Shown here piece after piece: positions 27,597 through 36,892 of a DNA stretch of 64,000 nucleotides. Origin of the DNA: a virus. The stretch's first letter is position 1. Each line of letters starts with the position of its first letter. A program made the translations under genes and the position numbers. The DNA is taken from positions 28,428-92,427 of the IMG/VR virus record IMGVR_UViG_3300038429_000225; one strand, written 5' to 3'. The notes beneath the pieces are model-generated. The model saw only the letters and a program-made list of their open reading frames with translations, made no database searches and was not told where the DNA came from.

Positions 27597-28340
27597 ATGA
27601 AATTACTATCCGTCAGCGCTGACGCAAAGACGGTCAAGGGCGAGAAAAAAGGATACCTCACAGGAATTCTCTATCTTGCACCGGCCGACACGTCCGGCGT
27701 CGCAAACGTTTGCGCCAATTCTTCGCCGGGGTGTCGGGCCGCGTGCCTGTTCACCGCGGGGAGAGCCGCGTACTTTCCGAAGATCAATCAAGCGCGCATC
27801 CGGAAGACACAGTGGTTCTTCCAGAACCCTCTGAGTTTTCAGATGCAACTACACGATGATATCATGGCCCTAATACGTCAAGCCAAACGTCTGGACCTAA
27901 AGCCTTGCGTGCGACTGAACGGGACCAGTGATCTTCCCCGACTAGCGCACATGATGGCACAGCATCCGCACTTCAAGCACGTGCAATTTTATGACTATTC
28001 GGCCCACCCCCGACCGTGGCTGCGGACGCTTTCAAATTATCACTTGACATTCTCCTTAAAAGAGGATAACCTGGAGGATGCGCTCGAATGCCTCCGTCAC
28101 AAAATCAATGTGGCTGTGGTTTTTGATAAGAAGCCATTTCCAAAAATGTTCCTAGGTCGCAAAGTGTATGACGGAGACGAAAACGACTTGCGATTTAAGA
28201 CTTCTAGGAAAGGTATTATCGTCGGCTTGATAGCGAAAGGTCAGGCAAAGAAAGACCGGACAGGGTTTGTCCAAAGGAATTCTACATGCGAAAACAATAC
28301 ACTCGTGCAGATCACAGAAAGTGGCGCAGGAACAGACTAA
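27597..28340 (+). CDS. GP88-family protein (radical-SAM-like)
   Basis: LYLAP, CANSSPGCRAACL..AGR, RLNGTSDL, FYDY, YHLTFS, GDENDLRF. Confidence 0.8.
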   Translation: MKLLSVSADAKTVKGEKKGYLTGILYLAPADTSGVANVCANSSPGCRAACLFTAGRAAYFPKINQARIRKTQWFFQNPLSFQMQLHDDIMALIRQAKRLDLKPCVRLNGTSDLPRLAHMMAQHPHFKHVQFYDYSAHPRPWLRTLSNYHLTFSLKEDNLEDALECLRHKINVAVVFDKKPFPKMFLGRKVYDGDENDLRFKTSRKGIIVGLIAKGQAKKDRTGFVQRNSTCENNTLVQITESGAGTD

Positions 28341-28747
28341 GTAAAGACGCCCCACGTCAACGAGCGGTAGAACTTAGGCAGTTTGCTAAATACTACTGTA
28401 CCACAAAAGGGCGCGCCGAACACATGTTTAACAACGCCAAGGCTCGCGCGAAAAGACACGGAAAATCGTGTAACCTAACGCGCGAGTGGATTAAAAATCA
28501 ACTAGAGCTGGGAACCTGCGCAGTTACAGGAATCCCCTTTGTGTTTGTTATGAACGGCGGCAAAGGCCACCGAAACAATCCATTCAGTCCTTCTCTTGAT
28601 CGGATTCGACAAGAAGGCGGATACACAAAGAAAAACTGCCGCGTTGTATGCTGGATTTACAACCGCGCTAGAGGTGCCTTTTCTGATAGCGCAATGAATC
28701 AGATGTTAGATGCGCTAATAAGGCAAAGGCAAAAAGAGAAAGGATAA
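28286..28747 (+). CDS. HNH homing endonuclease
   Basis: CAVTGIPF...SPSLDRI...GYTKKNCRVVCWIYN. Confidence 0.8.
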   Translation: MRKQYTRADHRKWRRNRLSKDAPRQRAVELRQFAKYYCTTKGRAEHMFNNAKARAKRHGKSCNLTREWIKNQLELGTCAVTGIPFVFVMNGGKGHRNNPFSPSLDRIRQEGGYTKKNCRVVCWIYNRARGAFSDSAMNQMLDALIRQRQKEKG

Positions 28748-28771
28748 CCCGTGGATAAAGAATCGGCACCC

Positions 28772-28800
28772 TTGACATACCCCGGGCCCTGGTGTATCCT
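28772..28800 (+). promoter_or_regulatory. Sigma70 promoter
   Basis: TTGACA-17-TATCCT with extended -10 TG. Confidence 0.6.
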
Positions 28801-28896
28801 GTGCTGTGCAGCTCTGGAAGAAGGGGAAGAAGCGGTCAATTTCTGCACTCTGTGTGAACAGGACATGCTCCTGTGCATCTTGAAGGAGGAAATGCA

Positions 28897-29115
28897 ATGA
28901 AGACGTTTGTAGCGCGCTGTAGTTTCACAGATCGGCGCCAAGGTCCTGGCACGGGCCGCACCATAGAAGTACAGGCCACGAGTGTCCCTAGCGCCGTGGG
29001 TAGGGCTGGCCGGCAGTTCTGGGCCTCTCTAAGCCGCAAGGAACGATGGGACGCATCCCACTCAGGCCTCAACGTCACAGTGACAGAGCGAAAGGAACAT
29101 CATGAAGTGGATTGA
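28897..29115 (+). CDS. Hypothetical protein
   Basis: RBS AAGGAGG. Confidence 0.55.
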   Translation: MKTFVARCSFTDRRQGPGTGRTIEVQATSVPSAVGRAGRQFWASLSRKERWDASHSGLNVTVTERKEHHEVD

Positions 29116-29641
29116 AGCCAACGACGATAAATGTTTCTTTTGCAAAGGACCAGACCCCGGTTACTCGTACAACGATGATCAGGGAATCGAGCGCGCGGCC
29201 TGCTGGAAGTGTGCCAAGAAGCACGCCAAAGAAAAGACAGAAAGTCAACCGAAGGAGTCCACATGAAAACTACCAACACCAACCCCTCGGTGGTTTGCGC
29301 GGCTTGCGTAAAGCCATTGACAACACTCAAGGAACAGGTTAGAATAGGTCGGTATATCTATTGCGCCGGCTGCGCAGGGAGGAAGTCGTGAACAACATGC
29401 CGGAAGAACTCAGGATGATGGCCGAAGCCCTGATTCATTCAGCTACCAAGCACGGGTTTGCGTTTGTAGGAACGCTCTTCAAGGACGACGAAACTGCCCC
29501 CGTCATCGCAGTGATCAGAAACACGAAAGAGAAGAACCCCGCCGAGGTGTTTCGGGCTATTGCAAACATCATAGACGACAAGGTTACGGCGGGTGAAGTT
29601 GTAGAGCATAGGGTTAGTCCGTTAGCTTAAGGAGAAGAAAG

Positions 29642-29890
29642 ATGAGAATTAGAATTCGAAAGTCTCAAAATTGTCACGGCCGAGTGAAAATTTATGCCAA
29701 TGTCATCCGTCAGGACGGGGCTTCGCGTCACACAGTTGTTAGGCTACGCACCAAAGGTATGAAGCGTTGGCTTTGCGACTGCGAAAACTTCCTGTTCAAC
29801 AAGGCAGGCAAGCGCCGTCACTGTCGTCACCTTCGTGCCGCTAAACTCAAGGCTATGAAGCAGTTCCATATGAAGTGGGCCAGTCTGTAG
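29642..29890 (+). CDS. SWIM-type Zn-finger protein
   Basis: WLCDCENF...CRHL. Confidence 0.7.
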   Translation: MRIRIRKSQNCHGRVKIYANVIRQDGASRHTVVRLRTKGMKRWLCDCENFLFNKAGKRRHCRHLRAAKLKAMKQFHMKWASL

Positions 29891-29897
29891 AAAGGGC

Positions 29898-29926
29898 TTG
29901 ACAGCCCTTCGGGCCTGTGGTACAGT
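29898..29926 (+). promoter_or_regulatory. Sigma70 promoter
   Basis: TTGACA-17-TACAGT with TG. Confidence 0.7.
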
Positions 29927-29962
29927 CTTAGTTGTAGGCAGTACAAATTCACTGGAGGAAAG

Positions 29963-31330
29963 ATGGCAACATTCAAACTGAAAGACGTAAAGCCAAATCC
30001 GTTTCGTCGTACCGAGAAGTACCCGCTGATTGCTGGAAAGGTGGAGTTCCTCAAAACGTCCATCGAAAACACGGACTTTTGGGAGAACATCATTGGTCGT
30101 GAAGTTGATGGAAAGTTGGAAATTGCTTACGGTCATCATCGTCTCGAAGCGCTGAAAGCCCTTTATCCACCTACGAAAGAGTTTGATTGGCGCGTCAAGA
30201 AACTCTCTGATGCCAAGATGATTCAAATCATGGCTGCAGAAAACGACGATGCCTACTCCTGCGACCCCCGCGCCCTCATCGAATCCGTCCGCGCCACCAT
30301 CCAAGCCTACGCCAAAGGTTTAATCACACCGGATGAAATGCCAGCCCCCTCAAAGGACACGTCAAACACGAAGCTGCGATTCGCTCCTTCTTTTATTGCA
30401 GGCTCAGAACGGTCCTGCGGCGAACAGGACCGTCCGTACACAGCAACAAGTCTTGCTAAGTTTCTTGGCTTGCTGCAGGGCAATAAGCGCGACGGCGAAC
30501 AAGCCGCCACCCGCCTGCTTACCGTCCTCAACGCCTTGGAACTAAACGAGTTAGGCTTCCTTTCGGATGCCATCTTGGCCAACTGCACGACGATCAACAG
30601 CCTGGAAGCCTCGATGCGCCAGAAAGACCCCCTGGACGTAGACGTTCGGTCGGCAATCGAGAAGCGGGACATCAAGCGCGCTATGGATGCGCGGAAAGCC
30701 CGAGAGAAAGAGGAAGCGGAAAGGGCCCGCGTTCGCCAGGAAGAGGAACGCCGCAAGGCCGCGGAAGCCCGTAAGAAGGCTGAGGAAGCCCAGAAGCTAG
30801 CCGAGCACGAAGCAGCCCAAGAAAAGGCGCAGAAGAAGGCCGAAGAGGAAGCCAAGCGCAAGGAGCAGGAAGCCGAACACGCAAAGGCAGAAGCCAAGAA
30901 AAAGCAAGACGAGGTCTTCCAAAAGGCTGCGTTAGCAGCCAAGAAGAAGGCCGAGGAAGCTCGCGAGAAAGCTCAACAGGAAGAGAAAAAGCGCAAGCAA
31001 GCCGAGGCTGATCGCAAGGCGGCAGATGAGGAAGCCGAGCGTGCTGAGAAGGCCGCGCAAAAGGCCAAGGAAGAGAACGAGCGCAAGAAAAAAGCAGCCG
31101 AGGATTTTGAGCGGCAGAAAGAAAAAGGATACAACGAAAAGCGCGAGCAAGAAAAAAAGGAAGAGAAAAAGGCCGAACGAATCCAAGGCTTGAAGATTCT
31201 CATCGTCAAGACCGGATACAAAACCCTATCTGTTCCTATGCATCCTGAAAATGGCGGAACCAAGGAAAGTTTTACAGAACTTGGCGAAGCCCGCAATCTT
31301 CTGCTGGAACTTCTTAAGGAGGAAAACTGA
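29963..31330 (+). CDS. ParB/Srx-like N-terminal domain protein with a long charged coiled coil
   Basis: KPNPFR...IAYGHHRLEALK...AENDD; K/E/A/R-rich C-terminal half. Confidence 0.75.
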   Translation: MATFKLKDVKPNPFRRTEKYPLIAGKVEFLKTSIENTDFWENIIGREVDGKLEIAYGHHRLEALKALYPPTKEFDWRVKKLSDAKMIQIMAAENDDAYSCDPRALIESVRATIQAYAKGLITPDEMPAPSKDTSNTKLRFAPSFIAGSERSCGEQDRPYTATSLAKFLGLLQGNKRDGEQAATRLLTVLNALELNELGFLSDAILANCTTINSLEASMRQKDPLDVDVRSAIEKRDIKRAMDARKAREKEEAERARVRQEEERRKAAEARKKAEEAQKLAEHEAAQEKAQKKAEEEAKRKEQEAEHAKAEAKKKQDEVFQKAALAAKKKAEEAREKAQQEEKKRKQAEADRKAADEEAERAEKAAQKAKEENERKKKAAEDFERQKEKGYNEKREQEKKEEKKAERIQGLKILIVKTGYKTLSVPMHPENGGTKESFTELGEARNLLLELLKEEN

Positions 31331-31560
31331 TGAATTACAACACGTTCGATACCACCACCGGCCCGCAGTTGATTGCCTTGGATAGGCAAGACGATGACTT
31401 CACGTACACAAGCCCTAAAGTTGTAGATGCGGAGCCCGACCGTTTTGTACCCTATAACTTCGTGATTGAGAAACGCGGCTTGGTCGAAGAGAATGAATGC
31501 ACGTATCAACGCTACGCGCGTATTCCAACCGAACCTACTAAACAAGAACTGGAGGGATAA
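31330..31560 (+). CDS. Hypothetical protein
   Basis: Coupled ORF with RBS. Confidence 0.55.
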   Translation: MNYNTFDTTTGPQLIALDRQDDDFTYTSPKVVDAEPDRFVPYNFVIEKRGLVEENECTYQRYARIPTEPTKQELEG

Positions 31561-32060
31561 TGAACGTTAGCGATGATGCCAACCAGGAAGCCATTCGCAA
31601 ACAAGAAACACGCGAAGACGTTAGTAACGAGACGCTCAGCAGCGAAGCCTTAGTAGACTTCGAAGCCTATCAGATAGGCTTTCGCCGGTTGCGGCCTCGC
31701 ATCGAAGAGATGCAAAAACGCTTCAAAACTCTGCCGAAGGGTAGCAAAGTAGGGGGCGCTCCACAAATGATTGAGGGCTGCACTACCTTCAAGCAGTGGT
31801 GTGAGGAAATTCTCGGTAAGCCTGTGGGCGTTGTTTACTTTCTGTTAAGAGGCGGCCCGAAAGAAAAAGAGTCCGCCCCAACGGAACCTTCAAACGAACT
31901 GATGTATTTGAAGTTCAACAAAGACGAGCGAAAAGCCTTGTGGACTCTTTTCGCAACGCATCTTAGTTCTGACGCCACCAAGAAAGACAAGGAAGAGCTC
32001 CTTCACACTCTGTTTGCAGAAATGTTAAACACGATTGTACCAAAAGGGGAAGGTGCATGA
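31560..32060 (+). CDS. Hypothetical protein
   Basis: Coupled ORF with RBS GGAGG. Confidence 0.6.
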   Translation: MNVSDDANQEAIRKQETREDVSNETLSSEALVDFEAYQIGFRRLRPRIEEMQKRFKTLPKGSKVGGAPQMIEGCTTFKQWCEEILGKPVGVVYFLLRGGPKEKESAPTEPSNELMYLKFNKDERKALWTLFATHLSSDATKKDKEELLHTLFAEMLNTIVPKGEGA

Positions 32061-32381
32061 ATAGCACAAAAATTCAAGAAGAGATAGTGGATCTTGAAAA
32101 GCAATTAGAAGAGATTCCAGCGCCGCAGAAATACAAGCACCCTCTGTTTCGGCGGCTTGTAGCGTTATGGAATCTGCTTCATCCAGAGGCACGAACATTG
32201 TGTGAATCGGAGGATAAATGAGCAGAGAAGACACCACCAACAAGAAAGGCAAGCCCCACCGCGATCGCAAGAACCCGCACGCGGCCGAGGAGTTCCAGAA
32301 GCAGAGACACGAGCACAATGTAGCGCGCGGTAAGCAAGTGTTCGATGTCGAGACGAAAACTTACGGCCGGGAGGCAAACTA

Positions 32382-32651
32382 ATGGCGATGCAAGTGTTGA
32401 CAATGGCAGACAAGGCGCAGCGCGACGAGCTGTTTGACAAGCTGCGTACGTCAGATGATCCGCTGGAACGCCAGGTCACGAAGTTTTCGGGCGTTCGGCA
32501 GATCACGGAAACCGACCCTGAAACGGGTGCAGACGTACCCAAAATAGTTACACTACCTAATTACGCGGGACGGACCTGTCTCAAGCCCCGCAACTACCGT
32601 TTTAAGACAGTCTACGAATCGACGTGGTCGGTGGCTTACCCATGTCTGTAG
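32382..32651 (+). CDS. Hypothetical protein
   Basis: RBS GGAGG. Confidence 0.55.
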   Translation: MAMQVLTMADKAQRDELFDKLRTSDDPLERQVTKFSGVRQITETDPETGADVPKIVTLPNYAGRTCLKPRNYRFKTVYESTWSVAYPCL

Positions 32652-32715
32652 ACACAAAACTAAAGATCGCCGGCCTCATCCTGGGGGCCGGCCTGGTCTT
32701 CTACTGGCTCGCAGG

Positions 32716-32949
32716 ATGGAGGCTTTCTTGACGCCGCAAGAACTAGCAGCGCTGCCGAAGGGCACGCGTGTTAAATTTGATCTAAACCCAGACGAAGGCT
32801 TTGATTACGGCACCGTCGTTCAAGCGGGCTCAGTTGTCCAGATTACCTGGGATGAAGACAGCGTGACAAGCATCATTGACACCAAACGTGGAACCTGGGA
32901 AAATTTTATTGTGGATATTTTGCTTGACACGCCACCCGAAAGTGTGTAG
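32716..32949 (+). CDS. Small SH3/Tudor-like protein
   Basis: GTRVKF...GTVVQ...VQITWDE pattern. Confidence 0.5.
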   Translation: MEAFLTPQELAALPKGTRVKFDLNPDEGFDYGTVVQAGSVVQITWDEDSVTSIIDTKRGTWENFIVDILLDTPPESV

Positions 32950-32952
32950 TAT
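32924..32952 (+). promoter_or_regulatory. Sigma70 promoter for the tRNA
   Basis: TTGACA-17-TAGTAT. Confidence 0.7.
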
Positions 32953-32958
32953 CAGGGC

Positions 32959-33033
32959 GTGGCCCAAGCCAAACGGTGCGGCGCCTGACTGTGGCTCAGG
33001 TTCTACCGGGTTCGACTCCCGGGGGTCACTCCA
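32959..33033 (+). tRNA. tRNA-His(GUG), atypical
   Basis: Acceptor GTGGCCC/GGGTCAC, anticodon arm CCTGA-CTGTGGC-TCAGG, T arm CCGGG-TTCGACT-CCCGG, encoded CCA. Confidence 0.85.
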
Positions 33034-33267
33034 GTTTTGGAGGAAGAATGATCACGTTGTTTGGTAAAAGATCACTGACATTGATTGAGCGGCTGTTTCC
33101 GCCTCAGCTTGGCAGGATTGACGGCGTCTTCGTTGAAGACTCGGAGTCCAAGGAGCAAGGCTGGGCCGGCAATGTGCAAGAGAAGCCATATCGCGACGGC
33201 ATCGACCGAACATTCAAAGAGGGACTAGCATGAAACGCTACTCAACTGTCCGTGCCATAAATAAAGC

Positions 33268-33296
33268 TTGACACAGGCCCTGTAGTTTGGTATTCT
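33268..33296 (+). promoter_or_regulatory. Sigma70 promoter
   Basis: TTGACA-17-TATTCT with TG. Confidence 0.7.
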
Positions 33297-33316
33297 AAAT
33301 TTGAAAGAGAGGCTTC

Positions 33317-33727
33317 ATGAAAGTGATGTTTGCAGTTTTAGTCTTAGCTCTAGCGACGTTGTTCACGGCAGCCAAGCCAGCGAGTGCAGCCACCACAGCC
33401 GGTGAATTGCAATCGTACTGCAAGACTGCCGAAGAGAATCACGCCAAAGGGACTTTGACAACCGAGAACGGTTATTGCATCGGTTACGTTTCCGGCTTTT
33501 TCGATCTGGTCAGCCAAGGCACAATTTTCCGAATCAAAGGAAAATTTTATGGTTTGATAATCGTTAAAGAAACCACCACAGGGAATGCGGTTATCATCTT
33601 TGCGAAGTACATGACAACTCATTCGGAAAATCCTAACGAAGACGCAACCGGCGCTTTGCTTGATGCGCTTTATGAGGCTAAGATACTGGCCGTTGTTCCC
33701 GTTGCGGAGAACAGTCAGGTACAATGA
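33317..33727 (+). CDS. Secreted Rap1a/Tai-like immunity-family protein
   Basis: Signal peptide, TAGELQSYC...CIGYVSGFFD...KYM..H.E...A..LLDAL. Confidence 0.68.
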   Translation: MKVMFAVLVLALATLFTAAKPASAATTAGELQSYCKTAEENHAKGTLTTENGYCIGYVSGFFDLVSQGTIFRIKGKFYGLIIVKETTTGNAVIIFAKYMTTHSENPNEDATGALLDALYEAKILAVVPVAENSQVQ

Positions 33728-33972
33728 AACTCGAGTGGAGAAAAATTGCCGTCATCGGTGCAATCGTCTTAGCTGCGGAAGCCATCGGGCTGGCCGCTAC
33801 GCGAAAGAAGGATGCACCCAAGCCATACAAGGCGCTTGTACATTGCGACAAGTGCTGCGCCATGGTGAAGCTACGAATGGTTCGAATGTGGGTTCATCAT
33901 CTGGTCGAGGCCCACGGTGTTCCTAATGAGGACGTCGAAGCAACCATTCGTTGGGTGTTCGGGAAAAGCTGA
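33724..33972 (+). CDS. Membrane-anchored Zn-finger protein
   Basis: TM segment, then CDKC...H....H. Confidence 0.5.
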   Translation: MKLEWRKIAVIGAIVLAAEAIGLAATRKKDAPKPYKALVHCDKCCAMVKLRMVRMWVHHLVEAHGVPNEDVEATIRWVFGKS

Positions 33973-34023
33973 TTCAGTAGTTTCTCAATGGAAGCCTGGA
34001 GCAGGGCTTCCGTGGAGGTACTA

Positions 34024-34590
34024 ATGAAAACGACCATCGTAGCAGCATCCTTGCTGATGATTCTATCAGCCCTGGCCGGTTCCATAGTACGTTATGGAGA
34101 ACCCGACGCGCCAAAACCTATCTCAGTGCGGATCTTAGCTGAGAAGGATATCAAGGAAGGATTCAAGCATGACCAAAAAAGAAAGCAGATACAGCGCAGT
34201 ATTAAAATCGCGAGACTCGTTTATCGACAGCTTGGCTGCCGCCCGACTTACGCGGAAGCAACGGGAAGAATTGCTGTTGAGTACAATCTCCCTGCTCGTT
34301 TACTTGCAGCGGTTGTTTTTGTCGAGTCGTCATGCAACCCGAACGCGGTCTCCGATCGCTACTCAGTTGGGCTTACGCAAGTCAACCCAAAATATCACCG
34401 CTACACTCGCGCGGAGCTCAAAGACCCGCAACGTAATCTCGAGATCGGTGCCAGCATACTTTCGACATACATTAGGCGATATGGTTTAATCGAAGGCCTT
34501 CACGCATACAACGGCTTTGGCAATCCGACGGATGAATACTCCACGAAGGTTTTAACGGCAGCGGGAATCAAGATTGAGGCGAAAGGATGA
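34024..34590 (+). CDS. Lytic transglycosylase (SLT domain)
   Basis: AVVFVESSCNPNAVS, GLTQV, NLEIGASIL, AYNG; N-terminal TM. Confidence 0.88.
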   Translation: MKTTIVAASLLMILSALAGSIVRYGEPDAPKPISVRILAEKDIKEGFKHDQKRKQIQRSIKIARLVYRQLGCRPTYAEATGRIAVEYNLPARLLAAVVFVESSCNPNAVSDRYSVGLTQVNPKYHRYTRAELKDPQRNLEIGASILSTYIRRYGLIEGLHAYNGFGNPTDEYSTKVLTAAGIKIEAKG

Positions 34591-34714
34591 ACCGTAAATA
34601 CATCGGCATTATGTGGGCGATCCTAGCTCTCGTGCTTACGATTGTCTGCGTGAAGCAGCGGGAGACGATCGAGAAGCAGACACAGCTTATTCGAACCCTA
34701 TGGCGGGATTGTCA

Positions 34715-36817
34715 ATGAGAATTATTTGGCGTAACGAACGATTCGAGATGGAAGGTGAGGATACTTATGCTGCGCGCGAAATACTCAAACAACACGGCTT
34801 CTGGTGGGACCGGGAAAAGAAAGCATGGTATCTTGTCGCCGGCGCACGTCTGTCCGGTCTTCGGGGACTTCTACAGTGTACCATCTCGTCGGAAGCGTAC
34901 AAGCACTACCAAGAAGCCGCGAGTATTGCACAAAAAGCCATAGAGGCATCGAGGGCGACGGACGCAGAGATCAAGATTCCGTGTCCTCCAGGCTGTGAGT
35001 TTCTCCCGTTCCAACGCGCCGGGATAGCGTATGCCATTAACCACAAGGACACGTTGTTCGGAGATGAAATGGGGCTTGGGAAAAGTATAGAAGCAGTGGG
35101 GGTTGTCAATGCCGATCCTTGTGCTCGAACGATTCTTATTATTTGTCCTGCGACTCTCAAGCTTAACTGGAGGAACGAATGGATGAAGTGGGACATTAAA
35201 GGGCTTGAAGTTGAAATTATCAAGCCAGACACTAAAAAGTTTCCTGACACTTCGGTGGTCATTTTGAATTATGAATTACTTCCTAAGTGGCAGAAAGAAC
35301 TTCGGCAGCACGAGTGGTCAGTGATGATTGTTGATGAGGTCCACTATGTAAAGAATCCCTCAACGACCCGGGCCCAGGAGATATTCGGTCGAAAGCGCGC
35401 GGTCAACAAAGAGAAGCCCGATGGTTCAATCATTAAGTGCGAGCAACTCGATCCCATTCCTGCGAAGCGCCGACTGTTCCTTACCGGGACACCAATCCTC
35501 AATCGTCCGATCGAACTCTGGCCCATCATTAAGGCTTTGGCTCCGAAGTTTGAAAAAGACAAACGAGCTTTCGGAATGAAATATTGTGCAGCTCATCACA
35601 ATGGTTTTGGGTGGGATTTTAAAGGTGCATCCAACCTAGATGACCTGCAACTTAGGCTGCGCGCTTTATTCATGGTGCGCCGGCTCAAGAAAGACGTGCT
35701 CAAGGAACTGCCCTCAAAGAGGCGTCAGGTTCTGGTGCTTGAGTCCAAGGGCTTAGATGAAATTCTTGAAAAAGAAAAGCAGACCTATGAGCAGTATAAG
35801 GAGGCTCTTGCTGAAACTAATTTTGAAACGCCGGCGTTTGCGGAGATGTCCAAAATTCGTAAGCAAGTAGCAATAGCAAAGATACCGTTTGTAATAAACC
35901 ACGTTGAAAATATTTTAGAAGAAACAAGCAAGATCATTATTTTTTGTCACCACAGAGAAGTAGCTACACAATTAGCGGAGAGACTCGATGCCACCCTTCA
36001 AAGACTTAACAGGAAAGAAACACGGCAGATGGACAATTTTAAGACGCGGATCAAATTCACTTGCAGGAGTAGTTCAATGGGAGTGCCGATGTCAGTGCGG
36101 CAGAACCCAGATAGTGGCTCTATCAAACAAAACGATGGGGCGCATGAAATGTCGCCCTCGAAAACACGGACTAGCCAGAACACCGATGTATCGGCTATGG
36201 ATCAATGCTCGGGTACGTTCTCTAAAGAACGGAACGGAATTCACGATTCAACCCCAGGACATCACGATTCCCAAGTACTGTCCATTACTGGGAATACCTC
36301 TGAAGGCAGGAGGAAGAACACACCCAGCGAATCCATCACTAGACAGACAGGATCCAACGAAAGGGTATACTCCAGACAACATTTGGGTGATCAGTTGGCG
36401 AGCGAACTTGATGAAGAGCAACACCACAAAAGAACAACAACTGCAATTTGCAAAAAGTTTGCTTCAGTTGTGGTCATCACTGGAGAAACGAAAAACGAAG
36501 ATCGCCAAGAAGCAGTCGATCGTTTCCAGAATGACCCCAATTGTCGAGTCTTCGTTGGTAGCATAAAAGCGGCTGGCGTCGGTCTAACACTAACTGCATC
36601 AAGTACTGTGATCTTCGCGGAGTTAGATTGGGTACCCGGCAATGTTTCGCAATGCGAGGACAGAGCACATCGCATCGGTCAAGTTGACTCCGTGCTGATT
36701 CAGCATCTGGTCCTTGAAGGATCTCTTGACGAGCGCATGGCCCAGCTCATCATCCAGAAGCAGGAAGTAATTGACAAAGCGTTAGACGAACCGGAGGGAA
36801 AAAGTGCTAGCATTTGA
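34715..36817 (+). CDS. SNF2-family (SMARCAL1/HARP-like) helicase with an ~158-aa insertion
   Basis: DEMGLGKS, DEVH, LTGTP, MVRRLKKDV, IFCHH, ITG, GVGLTL, QCEDRAHRIGQ. Confidence 0.92.
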   Translation: MRIIWRNERFEMEGEDTYAAREILKQHGFWWDREKKAWYLVAGARLSGLRGLLQCTISSEAYKHYQEAASIAQKAIEASRATDAEIKIPCPPGCEFLPFQRAGIAYAINHKDTLFGDEMGLGKSIEAVGVVNADPCARTILIICPATLKLNWRNEWMKWDIKGLEVEIIKPDTKKFPDTSVVILNYELLPKWQKELRQHEWSVMIVDEVHYVKNPSTTRAQEIFGRKRAVNKEKPDGSIIKCEQLDPIPAKRRLFLTGTPILNRPIELWPIIKALAPKFEKDKRAFGMKYCAAHHNGFGWDFKGASNLDDLQLRLRALFMVRRLKKDVLKELPSKRRQVLVLESKGLDEILEKEKQTYEQYKEALAETNFETPAFAEMSKIRKQVAIAKIPFVINHVENILEETSKIIIFCHHREVATQLAERLDATLQRLNRKETRQMDNFKTRIKFTCRSSSMGVPMSVRQNPDSGSIKQNDGAHEMSPSKTRTSQNTDVSAMDQCSGTFSKERNGIHDSTPGHHDSQVLSITGNTSEGRRKNTPSESITRQTGSNERVYSRQHLGDQLASELDEEQHHKRTTTAICKKFASVVVITGETKNEDRQEAVDRFQNDPNCRVFVGSIKAAGVGLTLTASSTVIFAELDWVPGNVSQCEDRAHRIGQVDSVLIQHLVLEGSLDERMAQLIIQKQEVIDKALDEPEGKSASI
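35988..36566 (+). CDS. HNH homing endonuclease nested in the +1 frame of the helicase
   Basis: DLTGKKHGRWT...WECRCQCG (N-terminal domain), HG.ARTPMY, CPLLGIPL...PSLDRQDPTKGYTPDNIWVISWRANLMK; SD GGAG at 35977-35980. Confidence 0.88.
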   Translation: MPPFKDLTGKKHGRWTILRRGSNSLAGVVQWECRCQCGRTQIVALSNKTMGRMKCRPRKHGLARTPMYRLWINARVRSLKNGTEFTIQPQDITIPKYCPLLGIPLKAGGRTHPANPSLDRQDPTKGYTPDNIWVISWRANLMKSNTTKEQQLQFAKSLLQLWSSLEKRKTKIAKKQSIVSRMTPIVESSLVA

Positions 36818-36842
36818 AGCATGCGCGTTTGGACTTGTTCTC

Positions 36843-36871
36843 TTGACATCTGTCATCATTGCGAGTAAGGT
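36843..36871 (+). promoter_or_regulatory. Sigma70 promoter
   Basis: TTGACA-17-TAAGGT. Confidence 0.5.
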
Positions 36872-36892
36872 AGTAGAGAGGAGCAACAAAAG

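Noticed and set aside
35988-36460. Intein, group I/II intron or ribosomal bypass as the explanation for the helicase insert
   Set aside because: No intein terminal motifs in the helicase frame, no non-coding room for a ribozyme core, and no in-frame stop after a take-off codon as in T4 gene 60.
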